A DNA stretch of 64,000 bases from Octopus bimaculoides. Lineage: Eukaryota. Shown in pieces: positions 38,161-50,315 of this stretch; within the stretch, counting starts at the first letter, position 1; each line of letters begins with the position of its first letter. The stretch lies in contig NC_068996.1 in assembly GCF_001194135.2 (NCBI RefSeq), positions 50,808,395 through 50,872,394 of the forward strand, in the 5' to 3' direction. The translations under genes and the position numbers were made by a program. The notes beneath the pieces are model-generated. The model saw only the letters and a program-made list of their open reading frames with translations. It did no database searches and was not told where the DNA came from.

Positions 38161-39614
38161 TCGATTTATTTATTAATTTATACACACACACACACACATG
38201 CATATAGGATAAATTATGATAAACTCAGGCTTATATTATTTATTCCCTATGTGCATTTCATGATTGTGGCTGTTTTAGAACTCTGCATTCTTTAAGAGTG
38301 TCAGGAAGTGTGAGTGAACAGGGTTTCTGGTAGAAATAATGCAGATAATAATCTTACAGTTGTACAAGGTCAGAAACTTGTAATAGTGGCAGTACAGTCA
38401 GCTAAATTTTCCCCAGTGCATGACTGGTACTTATTTTATTAACCCAGAAATGGATAGCAGTTGTCCCTGGATCTGTTGATCTGAGAACATATTAATATTG
38501 TTTGTATGGGTCACACAAAGATTATTGAGACAGATTTTCTGTGACAAGATAACAAGTAATTGCATGAAACCACAGCTTTTACATTGGTGTCCCTCACTTA
38601 GAAGGATACCGTGACAACAGTTAGGAGTTCCTCACTCCTGATGGTTTTAAGTAGATGACCATTGACTCTCTTGAGTTCATTTTCCCTTTGATGGGTCTTG
38701 TCCAAAAACCACCCTATTCACCAAACAGGTTTAGTGTTTTTGCTGATTTAGTTATTGATGACCCAACCATGCAACAGGTTGTATTGGGTTACATGTTATC
38801 AGTAACACTCAAGAATATCCTGGCTCAGTGATACAGTTACACTTTGGAGCACGTCTAAATCATATGGGACAGTGATATTGTTATGCATGCCAGTTATCTA
38901 AGATCACTTTTCTAAAAGTGTGTGGAAAGCAACAAAAGAAAAAACAAAAAAGCCAAAGAAACATGCTTCTACTTGATTGGCAGAGATTCATTTAGCCATT
39001 GTTCTACAGCCACTAACCCTCATGCATGATATTTCTCTCCCTATTACAAGTAGGTGAGAATCTGGATTAACCTACTACTACTATTTGTGTCTCAACTCCC
39101 AAAGCTTACATATGTGTGTGTGTCTCTTTCTCTCTCTCTCTCTTATATATATATGTATATATGCTTTTGTCTCTTGTCTTAACACCATGTCTTAACGTCA
39201 TGTGACAGTTGTAAATGAGTATCACTGTCATACAAGCAGTGTCACTCATTGTCAATATTCTGCAAGGACTGGCCTGTCTTTGAGGAAATGTTGGCGACAG
39301 ATAGGGAATCCACATAGAAAATTTGCTTCAAATAAACTTCCTTCTGATCAATTCAAGCATGGAAAAGTGGATGTTAAATGATGATATTTGATTGTCATGA
39401 AATATAGAATTATCTTTGTAAGTTTTGTATTCAATGCTTTAGTGATATTATTTACTTTTTGTTGCTGTTCAGAAAGTGTTTGACATCAAAGTTATGGAAT
39501 TGGTAACACAGAACCACTGAATTTAATTTCTCAGTTTATGGTCCCACCAATTTCAGCTTGCAATGAAAACTTGTCAAGCCAAATTAAATTATACTTGTGG
39601 TTATTGTTTATGTC

Positions 39615-39855
39615 TTGTAAATGGCACCTGTGAAATCATGGCCATTGCTGGTGTCGTGTAAATGGCACCTGTGCTGGTGGCACATAAAAGCACCCATTAC
39701 ACTCTTGGGGTGGTTAGCATTAGGAAGGGCATCCAGCCATAGAAACCATGACAAATCAAACTGGTGCAGCTCTCCGGCTTACTAGTTCCAGTCAAACTGT
39801 CCATCCCTTGCCAGCATAGAAAGCAGACGGTAAATGATGATGATGATTATGATGA
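39615..39855 (+). mobile_element. Family B copy
   Basis: Core and (GAT)n tail. Confidence 0.75.
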
Positions 39856-40934
39856 TTTAGAGCACTCAACACACCCAACAAATGTGATATTATCAGGCTA
39901 ATTTTTAACATTCTAATCTGTTTATGCTTGTGGCATTATTAAAGATATTATTTATTAAAATACTTCAAAAGAATTATGCATAAAATGAAATTTTTTAAAT
40001 TTATAAGGGGCCATTTAAAAAATTCTTTGTCAAAAGTTACAAAAGAAAAGGTTATATAAAAAAATAAACTATAAGAAAACTTCAAAAGAAAACCAGGAAT
40101 ATTTTGGTTTTAACTTGAAACTTTTAAAATGGTAAACAAAAACTGAATACATAAAGTAACTTAATGTCCATTTTAAAAGAGATAAATTCATCTAGATACA
40201 TAAACCTTCATTTTTGAGATCAAAGCATTGTCTGACTATAAAACTGAAATAAAAACAAAATGTCAAAAATTACATTAAATGAAATAAAAATCAAATTGTG
40301 ACATACTGGAAAGTTTATGCTTACAGAAATTAAAGATTTATGTAAGGATTAAAAAAAAAAAAAATCCCAAATTTACTAACATCTTGTTCTTATTAAAAAA
40401 AATTGCTTCAAGCAGATTCTTCTTCATAGAAGCCTTTAAAATCACATTTGATTATTGTCAGTGTAGTAAGCTGTCAAATTAGTCTGTGAAATTGGAAATT
40501 TTAATGCATTATATTATAATTCACATTTACTTTAGAGTTGGCACCCCCACCCCCAACAACCATTCCATCAACCATTTCTCTTCTACCTCCATCTCTAACC
40601 AGCTGCTACTCTTGCCTCACATACTGATAAAAGTGCCCATTCTCCTTTCTCCTGATCCACCATCTGTATCCTCTTTTAAGCTCACCTTCCTGTACTTTCA
40701 GAGTTTACTTTAGTATTCCATCATTACCATCTTTAACTCTTTCCCAGCTACTCCAACCTTCTATATAATATAGAGTAACCATGTATCTCCTCTACAGAAA
40801 GACATCTTTGTCTCACTGTCATACTTTAGCCTTTTGATACTTGGCATAACCTCCATCCCCACCCACCAGTACTCCTCCTGTACTTTGTAGTGGGAGCTTT
40901 TCCCTCTTCCTTTCTCCCTCACTCGGCAACCTTA

Positions 40935-41130
40935 CTAATGCTGGTGGTACAAAAAAAAAAAAATCATCCTGTACAGTACATTGTGTAAAGTGGTTGGTAT
41001 TAAGAAGGGCGTCCACCTGTAGAAAGCATGCTAAAGCTGACACCGGAAGCCAGTATACCCCTGTGGCTTTCTAGATCCTGTCAAACTATCCAACCCCTGC
41101 CAACCTGGCAAATAGACATTGAATGACTAT
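40935..41130 (+). mobile_element. Family B, diverged
   Basis: Core homology. Confidence 0.6.
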
Positions 41131-41399
41131 AATGGTACATTTTTATCAACTCTGACCCTACAGCCCTGTTTGGCATGTTGCATTTTAATACTAATGAGCT
41201 GATTAAGGGGCATTTAAAATTTTTAAAGTTTCTGTACTTCTCAGTGGATGCTGCTTGATATTGTTTTCATATTTTGGTGGTGCTTATTTTAGGCCTAATT
41301 GACAATTTCACCTTAAATTAAGAACCAAAAAGAAAGCGTCCTAATATTCTCAAATGGTGTTATTTTTTGGTTTTTAGCCCTTTAATAGCAAAATAGACA

Positions 41400-41790
41400 G
41401 GTGCAGGAGTGGCTGTGTGGTAAGTAGCTTGCTTACCAACTACATGGTTCTGGGTTTAGTCCCATTGCGTGGCACCTTGGGCAAGTGTCTTCTACNNNNN
41501 NNNNNTGGCACCTTGGGCAAGTGTCTTCTACTATAGCCTCAGGCCAACCAAAACCTTGTGAGTGGATTTGGTAGACGGAAACTGAAAGAAGCCCATTGTG
41601 TGTCTGTGTTTGACTCCCCACCATCACTTGATGGTGTGTTTACGTTGATGTGTTGACGTCCTCATAACCTAGCAGTTTGACCAATAAGATAAGTACTAGG
41701 CTTACAAAGAATAAGTTCTGGGGTCGATTTAAGGTGGTGCTCCAGCATGGCTGCAGTCACATGACTGAAACAAGTAAAAGAAAGAAGAGT
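41400..41790 (+). mobile_element. SINE family A (spans a 10-N gap)
   Basis: Same head, core and tail as 32007-32439. Confidence 0.85.
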
Positions 41791-42227
41791 AGTATACTTG
41801 ATGTGATAAACCAAGAAATTTTAATAAATTAAGATTGAATAGTGAGAACAGTAATTTGTAAAGAACTAATTTGGATTAAAAAAAACAAAAAAAAAAAGCG
41901 AAGGGAAATAGCCTTAAAGATTTTAATTGAAATACATGTAGAATGCAACATAGAGTGAATCTGGCCATTAGTATTATGGTGACAACTTCAGATGTTTCAG
42001 TATTATTTAACCTCTTCAGCTAAAGTATCCTAACCATTACTGCCAGAACAATGGGAGTAGTATATAGGATTTTTGTAAATGGACTTTGAATTGCAATATA
42101 AATTAAAAGATGCCTGTTGTATAAAACCTGTGAAGTAGATCCTAGGATGCTTCATTTTGTAATTGCTTTCTTTTAACCATCATTGCTAAGGACATGGTGA
42201 TGCTCATAAAGCTCATAAGGAACAGCT

Positions 42228-42560
42228 GGTGTGACTGTGATAATGAGCTTGCTTACCAACCACATGGTTCCAGGTTCAGTCCCACTGCATGGCACCTTGG
42301 GCAAGTGTCTTCTACTATAGCCTTGGGCTGATCAAAGCCTTGTGAGTAGATTTGGTAGATGGAAACTGAAAGAAGCCCATCGTATATATGTGTGTTGGTG
42401 TGTTTATGTCTCTATAATTTAGCAGTTTGACAAAAGAGATGTATAGAATATGTACCAAACTTACAAAAACAAGTCCTTTGCTCAATTCATTGGACTAAAA
42501 TTCTTCAAGGTGATGCCCCAGCATGGCCATGATCAAATGACTGAAACAAGTAAAAGATAA
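42228..42560 (+). mobile_element. SINE family A
   Basis: Homologous to 32007-32439. Confidence 0.8.
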
Positions 42561-43972
42561 GGGGTAATGGCTCTTTAAATCCAAGAAAGTTTAGGCAACT
42601 GATATTAAATGTCAATCTTTTTTACAATCCAGAATTGGTAAAAGGAGATTTGTGTTTCCCCTCCACCTCACAAGGAACCCTTGGATTTTATAAATTTCAG
42701 CTCGACAATTTTGTCTCTCCCTTCAGCAAATATATCGTCATCAACTTCTGCTAATTATCGTTATGTGCTCCGCTTAATCCTGACATTCTGTTTCTTAGTA
42801 AGGTTAACACTTTCAATATTTGTTTTGCTTGGCAGTTTCATTTTTGTTTCCTCCATTTTTACTCCAAACTAAATTTGTTTTCTATTTACCTTAACTCTTC
42901 CTCTCTATTCAAAATAGCAGAAGCATGTTTTCTTTTTACAGTTTAATCAGGGAGTGAGCTGTATCCATGACATTGATAAGACTTCTAAGAAGGGGTGTGC
43001 GGCATTTTGGCAAAGCTGTTTTGGCGCCGTTTATTTTGGCGTCACTGATTCCATGCTACTTATTTCAACATCAGATGTTTTAATGTTTCTCTTGTTCTCT
43101 TCCTCTCCCCTCCTGTCCCATCACTTCCTTTCTCTCTTTCTCTCTTACTCACATTTAGATACAGTCATGTGTGTGTGTGTGTGTGTGTGTGTAACAGCAG
43201 TAGCACCCAAAGAATGAGTTGTCTTCCTTTGAATCATACAATTGTATGTCTTGCACCTCTGCCTTGTTAAAAACAAAAAGAAAAAAAAAAACCTATTTAA
43301 ACTGACTGTACTAATTGCCACCCTTCCAACAAAGATAATGAGACTAATGATTAACAGTTTTTTTCTCCAGTAACACTATCTTTGTATCTTTGACAATTAT
43401 TTTCACAGGTCAGTGCTATTCTTGCAATTACTCATAAATTGTCTCCAGTCTTAAAAGAACCATAATATGAAGAGACTGGCAAACTAGCTGAATTGCTGGA
43501 GCATCAGAGAAAAACGCTGTGGTATTTATTGTGGCTCTTGCATTCTGGGTTCAAATTCTGTTAAGGGTTAACTTCACGTTACATCCCTCTGGCATTAATA
43601 AAATATGGTACCATTCAAGTACTACATATGATGGCATCAACTGACCACCATCCCTCAAAATGGCTGGCATTGTATCTAAATTAGACAGCAATCCAGGTAA
43701 TAATATCATCCATAGAAGAAGAGATACCATAATGAAAGTATCATGCTCTGATAACAATGTCTGGCAACAGAGATAACTCCCTATCTACAAAAATCCATAG
43801 CACATCTCACTGTAACACAGAAGCCATTATGAAAGGGCAGCAGAGTGGCAGAAATGGAGAAGATGCTAGAACTAAATATCTTACATTATTTGGTTATGCT
43901 ACTTCTTCATATTGTGAGTTCTAATACGACTAGAGATGAATTTCACCGTCCTTTCACTGGCATTAATAAAAT

Positions 43973-44187
43973 TAGGTGGTGAGCTGGCAGAAACATTAAC
44001 ACACCAGGCGAAATGCTTAGTGGTATTTTGTCTGTCTTTACATTCTGAGTTCAAATTCCGCCGAGGTTGACTTTGCCTTTTGTCCTTTCGGGGTTGATAG
44101 ATTAAGTACCAGTTGCTTACTGGAGTCGATCTAATCGAGTGGCCCCCCTCCCCACAAATTTCAGGCCTTGTGCCTAGAGCAGAAAAG
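43973..44187 (+). mobile_element. tRNA-headed SINE family C with an 11-bp TSD
   Basis: GGTGAGCTGGCAGAA head, GAGTTCAAATTCC B box, ATTAATAAAAT at 43962-72 and 44188-98. Confidence 0.85.
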
Positions 44188-45434
44188 ATTAATAAAATAA
44201 CTAGTAATGGTTTACCAGAATAGGTTCTCTTGAGTTTACCAGAATAGGTTCTCTTGCTTATAATGTGTAAACCTAGTTAGTGTCAGTGTATGGAATTGTT
44301 AACTATTGAATAAAAAAAAAATGTGTAATTAAACATCTACTTTTATTATTTTTGTTATTTCTGAAGAATATGGAATTTTACTGGTGTTTTTTTTTATTAA
44401 TGGCAATTAATTTATAAATGAACACCAACAAAATTCAATTTCTTCTTTGCCTCCTTTTCCTTCACCTTCTCCTTCACCTTCTTCCTCTTCCTTCTCTCTT
44501 TCTTAACTGCATGCTTTTTTTAAATTTGGCATTCTGCCCACTGATAATGGTTATTCTCAGGTTTTTACTTCAAGTTTGAATCAGATAATTTACTGACGTG
44601 TCATGATACCAAAATGCATATATAAATTTCAAAGAACTACCAATCAGTTTTATGATTCATGAGTGAATCCCAGTTTAAAAGATGTCTCTTCTTTGGGCAA
44701 AATCACTACTGTGTACAATGCCACAATTGCCTTTGGAAAATTTCAATTTTTCCATGCACAAAGGAGGAAAAAAAAAAAAAAAAAAAAAAGGGATTTGTGA
44801 GGTTTGGTTCTGTTGTTAAGAAATGTTCTGAGAGCAGCACTTAACATCAAATGGCAGTACCATATAACAAACCAGGTATTTGATGGTAATCTTGTAAGAG
44901 TTACTTCCATCGTAAAGGAAAGAAGTATGAGATTCTGTGGATGCTGATTTCGTAACAAGGATAAAACAGTGGGTGAAATGCTGGTGTGGGAACCAACACA
45001 CAGAATGCAACCTAAGGGGTCATCTTCTCAGGATATTTATTGGTTGAAGACTTTGGCCTACTGAAGTGTGACCTACTAAAAGCAATGCTGGAGAAGGAGA
45101 CTAGTGAGTTGGTGGTGTTCATTTGTGAACGATGCAATTATGATTAAAAAATAGTTCAGCACCAAACAACTGCTGACTCTCATCATCATTTTAACATCCA
45201 CTTCCCAAGTTTGCATAGGTCAGATGGTGTTTATTATTGAATCAGATTTTCTATGGCTAGATGCCTTAGCAGTTGCCAACCCTCACTTATTTCCAAGTAA
45301 GCTAGTACTTCTTCATGGCCAGATATGTTCTTACAAAATATTGGAAAGGAATGACATATTGCTTGTATGACACTCATTTACAATTATCACAACTATCATG
45401 TGATGTCAAGCAGAAGCACACACTTACAAACACA

Positions 45435-45438
45435 CAAA

Positions 45439-45479
<41 letters not shown>

Positions 45480-45658
45480 TAGGCTTCCACACAGTTTTCA
45501 TTTGCAAAATCCATTCATATGGCTTAGGTTTGGTTATAGTAAAAGTTACTTCAGGGTTATAGTAAAAGTCACTTCACCAAGGTGCCACACATTGAGACTG
45601 AACCTGAAACCATGCAGTTTCTTAATCACACACCTCTTAACCATATTGTCACAACTGC
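45435..45658 (-). mobile_element. SINE family A, diverged
   Basis: Reverse-complement head and core after (GT)n. Confidence 0.6.
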
Positions 45659-45805
45659 ACCTGGTACAGAAACTTCAACTTGAAGTATTGAATGTACATA
45701 ATGTACAGGTATTATATTCCATTATTGTTTATTGTTGTTGTTTATCTTCAGATCAGCTCTGATAGAAAAGCTAATGATTAAAGGCAATCCAACCATGGCT
45801 GTTCC

Positions 45806-46949
45806 AGAACCCAACATGTTGTGTTTGAGGGAATATGATCCAGCTCAGCCAAAGTCAGTAGTGGTGTCCCACAAGGTCCTGTGATGGGCCCACTCCTCTT
45901 CATTATCTACATCAATGACATAGTAGATGTCATCAAACATTCTACACTGAAAGTCTTTGCAGATGATTCCAAACTCCAGAAAGCCAAAAAGGTTTGGGAG
46001 ACTATACATGCCTTTAGTTGGATCTGTTTGCTGTTGTACAATGAGTGTAAAAAAACAAAATGCTTCTAAATGAAAATAAGTTTGATTTGATCCACTTTGG
46101 AGAAGAGGATACTCTGAAATTACCATATGCTCTTCCCTCGGGTGACTCCTTAGTGTCATCCAACAACACCAGTGACCTTGGAGTAATTGTTGATAACAAT
46201 TTAAGCTGGAGTTCCCATGTAAACAGCTCCTGGATTCTGAGAACTTTCCAGTCTAGAGATGTCCACACCATCATCCTTCTCTACTTTTGCCCGACCTCAC
46301 CTTGAGTACTGTTGCCCACTGTCTCTTCCCATTATGAAAGTGGAAGCACTCCAGGGGTCAATAACAAGAAAGATAGACAGCATGAAGCATTGACTATTGG
46401 GATCGACTAAAAAAACTCAATCCCTACTCTTTCGAACGCCACCAGGAGCACTACATCATTTGTGTGATGTGGAAAATATTCCATCAATATTGCACAAATG
46501 ATGTTGGCATCAATTTTAAAATCCATCCAAGACTTGGTCCCTGTGCTATCCGCCTACTACAAAAATTGAACTCAGGACAGATAACATTACAACACAACTA
46601 CTTTACCTCAACCAGTCCAGCTCTCTTCAATATTATACCAAAATACGTCAAAACAGAAATGGATCCCATAAAATTCAAAAGTTTACTGGACAAATTTCTT
46701 CAAAAAATCCCGGACCAACCTCCTACACCTGGATATGTCTCCAACAATAATAACTCTTTTGCTAGAATGGGCCATGATATGATGCCCCATATATAACTAA
46801 GATTTCACCAGGTGGTGTTATTAAGTTAGACATGGCCACATGTCTCCAACAATAATAACTCTTTTACTAGAATGGGCCATGATATGATGCCCCATATATA
46901 ACTAAGATTTCACCAGGTGGTGTTATTAAGTTAGACATGGCCACATGTC
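45806..46949 (+). mobile_element. 5'-truncated CR1/L2-group LINE, ORF2 RT C-terminal part, frameshifted
   Basis: RTQHVVFEG...SGVPQGPVMGPLLFIIYINDI...KVFADDSKL, then NENKFDLIHFG...DLGVIVDNNLSWSSHV and FNIIPKY...FKSLLDKFLQKIPDQP. Confidence 0.9.
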
Positions 46950-47453
46950 ATTTCCTTAAGCTCAAATTGACCAATGCTGTGTGATTGAAATTTGGGAACA
47001 GAAACTGAAAACTCATTGTATGCATGCGTGCTTGACTGAGGACTAGCTTTTTATGTGCCACCGGCATGGGTGCCTGTCAGGCAAACTCAGGATGATATAT
47101 AAGGAAAAACAAACTAAAAGAAAAACTTAAATGCAGAGCCCTAGCATGACCACAGTCTAATAATTGAAACCGCTTGCCATAAGCACCAGGTATCATAATT
47201 TTCTTTGCATGAAATAATGTTGTTCAAATGTAAAGAATCCTTAGAGATTGTCTCCAAGCTTTCAATTCTGACATCTTTCTTCTCAGAAGAATGGAGTTTT
47301 TGCATCAAGAATTATTGCTGCTTAACCTGAGTTACCAGAAATCTAATTTAGCAGACTTAAAATCAAAAACATTGCAAATGTGACGCTATCGTTTTTTTTT
47401 TTATTCAGGCAGAGTAGATTCAAATAGATATTATCCAAAATATTGTTCACTCT

Positions 47454-47669
47454 TTAATCATTTAGTGTTTAAACCGGCTGTATCCGGCCCAAATATTCCA
47501 CCCATTTTATGCTCAAACTGGCCAGAACCAGCATCTCACACCTACCCTGCAATGCCATTCTAAAAATAAGCAATTATATCTTTCAACTCTTGAAGCTACA
47601 AGATAATACCAGATTAATTAATGAATAAGGATTACTGTTGACATATTAATCTGAACGCTAAAGGGTTAA
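47454..47669 (+). mobile_element. TTAA MITE family M2 copy
   Basis: TTAATCATTTAG...CTAAAGGGTTAA. Confidence 0.7.
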
Positions 47670-48485
47670 GAAGGTAGGATGTGATTTAAGTGGTTTTGGC
47701 TGCTGCTATTTCTAGCAGAGTGAGTAACTATATAGAGGGTCCTTTGTTGGTTCCTCATCCCTTGTGGTTTTGTAACACATCAAGCTGCAATCTTTCAAAT
47801 TCCATTTTTATTAATTGAGTTAATTAATTTTCTTTTTTTTTTAAATCTTATCTTTGAGTTATGGCTTATGCCCTTTTTTGGATATGACAAAATAGGCGTG
47901 AAACAAAATTACAAATAAGAATTAAGAAATTAATAAGAATGAGACCTTGTAGTTTAACTTGGATATTTTTTAGTGTATATTTTTTCAGATGGTTTAAAAA
48001 AAAATTTTTTTTGATTTAAATTTAGATAAGTATAGATCTAAAAATTAGATTTACATGATGTAGTGAAAAAAAAGGGTTAAATTAGTCAACATGACATTCA
48101 TTATTTTAAGAAATTACTGTGTTTTCCATTAAAATAAATCTGTTTTACAATTATCTTCTTTAATCATAAACTAAATAAATCTAAGTTTATATAGTCATGG
48201 TTTGTCTATGTTTCTCTATCGTGAAAGCACAAAGCTAAGTGTTTTGGGTATTCAGCTCGAGATCGTAACATCACGAGTTCAAATATTTTGTAGCACATTG
48301 AGTTCTTGAGCAAGACTCTTTATTTCACGTTGTTCCAGTTCACTCAGCTGGCAAAAATGAGTTGTGTTTGTAATTCAAATGGCCAGCCTTGTGATACTGT
48401 ATGTTGCACTGAATCTCTTTGAGAATTATATTAAGGGTACATTATTTACATTTGATGGATATGTGTCCTCATCTTGTTTCTTGTT

Positions 48486-48531
48486 AACACAATGTTTCGG
48501 CTGATATACCCTCCAGCTTTCATCAGGTGTC
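48486..48531 (-). ncRNA. Minimal type I hammerhead motif (family H3), left arm copy
   Basis: Minus strand reads GACAC-CTGATGA-A-AGCTG-GAGGGTATAT-CAGCC-GAAA-CATT-GTGTT. The core is intact, with one stem II and one stem III lesion. Confidence 0.65.
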
Positions 48532-48623
48532 TTGGGGAAATTTCCAACCTGGGTTCTCATTCCTAAGGTATTTTTCAATGTTATTTTTATTATTATTCAA
48601 ATCATGGACATATGGCGTAGTGG

Positions 48624-48852
48624 TTAACCCTTTAGTGTTTGCATTATTCTGCCAAAATTAATGCTTTTTTATCCACATTGTTTTGAACTAATCATGCATT
48701 ACCTTGTAGCTATGAGATCTTGATGAGGTAGCTGTTAATTTTTAAAACGATATTGTAGGGTTGGTGTGAGAGCCCAGATATGGCCAGTTTGAACATAAAA
48801 CAGCCAGAATACTTTTGGCCAGATGTGGCCGGTTTAAATGCTAAAGGGTTAA
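48624..48852 (-). mobile_element. TTAA MITE family M2 inserted in a tRNA-like head
   Basis: TTAA duplicated at 48624-27 and 48849-52. Removing the MITE restores GTAGTGGTTAAGAG. Confidence 0.85.
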
Positions 48853-48962
48853 GAGTCAGGCTACTAACCCCAAGATTCGAAGTTCGATTCCAGGCAGTGA
48901 CTTGAATAATAATAATAATAATAATAATGATAGTATCGAAAAATACCTTGAAATTTCCCTAA

Positions 48963-49008
48963 GACACCTGATAAAGGCTGGAGGGTATATCAGCCGAAAC
49001 GTTGTGTT
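48963..49008 (+). ncRNA. Minimal type I hammerhead motif (family H3), right arm copy
   Basis: GACAC-CTGATAA-A-GGCTG-GAGGGTATAT-CAGCC-GAAA-CGTT-GTGTT. The stems and ACGT palindrome are intact, but core G8 is mutated to A. Confidence 0.65.
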
Positions 49009-50315
49009 AACAACAAACAAGATGAGGACAAATATCCGTCAAATGTAAATAATGTACATAATTCCTCATCTCTTAAATATAGAACTGTACATTAAGGGTA
49101 CAGGTGTTGGTGGAGTACTCAGCCATTTGCATGTTAATTTCATGAGCAGGTTGTTCCATTGATCAAATCAACTTGTTGCCATAACCAATGGAGTGCCAGT
49201 AAAATGTTTATCTATAATCCTATCATATAACAAAATATTACCAAATAAATAAAATATTAAAACTGAATAAAGATAATTTTTTTTTATATGCTACCAGAAA
49301 GTTTCTTTTGTAAGGGCTAAAGAATTGTATTTAAGACTAGTAGAAGTATTCATTGATACCTGGGTATTGTATCATACTTTTTCTTTCTTGTCTTTGGGCA
49401 GTAAGTGTTATTTCCTATTTGCTTCTATTTAGAAATCAAAAGAAATGACTACTGTTCTCTTCAAACTTTGCTTTTTGTGACCTGGACATCAAAGTTTTGA
49501 AACTGACCTATTTTCCTTTACATTTCAGACAGATTCAGTTCTGTATTGCTGAAACAAATAACATTATAGCAAATATTCTGCTCAATATAACAGATTTGCT
49601 TGTCAGTTGCTTGACCTTAACCACTTAAGCATGACCCTTAGTGGCTGACAATTTGTGGATCTCTGATGATGAGTAGTAGTGGGAGAGAATCATAGCCATG
49701 TGTTATAAATGTAACAAAAGCAAAGTTTGAAGGAAATATTAGCCATTTTTCATAATTTCTAGGAGTGAGTAAATAGAATATAACAGTTGCTACCAAAGGG
49801 CAAAAATCGTGTTATACTTTGTAAGATGAGAGGGTGATATTTCAGGGATAGTTGGCTGCTGTTTCTAATATTTTGTGATATCAGGTACAAGCTGCCTTGG
49901 TTAATATATACCTAATATAGTTGGGTGTGATTTGAGGGAGATTTGGTTACTTATTTCATTCTTGTTGGTACAATGTCGGTGTCTCATCTGTTGCCTCATA
50001 TATGCATAAGCTAATAGTGTTATTTGACTTGGCTGCTATATCTATCAAGTTGAAATATATAGTGGTACCTCATTGATTGGATTCAGAAGGCAATCAGAAA
50101 AGCAGCCAACTTTTAATCAAACCTATCAGATCTAGCAATGATGTGGAGGTTTCCTTTGATGGGTCAAACATACTTATGTGCATACACAAGGCAGTAATTT
50201 GTGGTTTGAGGTGAAATACAGCTGCTATTTCTATATAATGGAAGTCTTATGTTGATTGGTATCAAAAGGGTTAAACTTGATGTCATATGCTATATGCATG
50301 TATATTTGATATATA

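Larger units (their letters stand above)
48442..49090. mobile_element. Fold-back non-autonomous element with Penelope-like ends and a tRNA-like centre
   Basis: About 160-bp inverted arms (48438-48600 and 48902-49057), each carrying a hammerhead motif. Flanked by the direct repeat ATTAAGGGTACA (48430-41 and 49091-102). The centre has A box TGGCGTAGTGG and B box GTTCGATTC. Confidence 0.65.
48225..49200 (+). mobile_element. CORE-SINE with a family D-type tail, split by the fold-back element
   Basis: 5' part 48225-48441 and 3' part 49091-49200, the latter homologous to 10415-10528. Confidence 0.75.

Noticed and set aside
41470-41530. 26-bp duplication either side of a 10-N gap
   Set aside because: Typical contig-overlap artefact within a SINE.
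42650-42870. Protein-like minus-strand reading and nearby TTTTGGC repeats (about 43000-43045)
   Set aside because: The reading is interrupted by stops, has no recognisable domain and has no matching partner TIR.
44216-44256. CRISPR-like direct repeats (also 11640-11678)
   Set aside because: Two-copy tandem duplications without spacers, in eukaryotic DNA.
48607-48900. tRNA gene (also SINE heads at 10169, 32007, 54210)
   Set aside because: A/B boxes are present, but there is no complete cloverleaf or oligo-T terminator. They are repeat heads.
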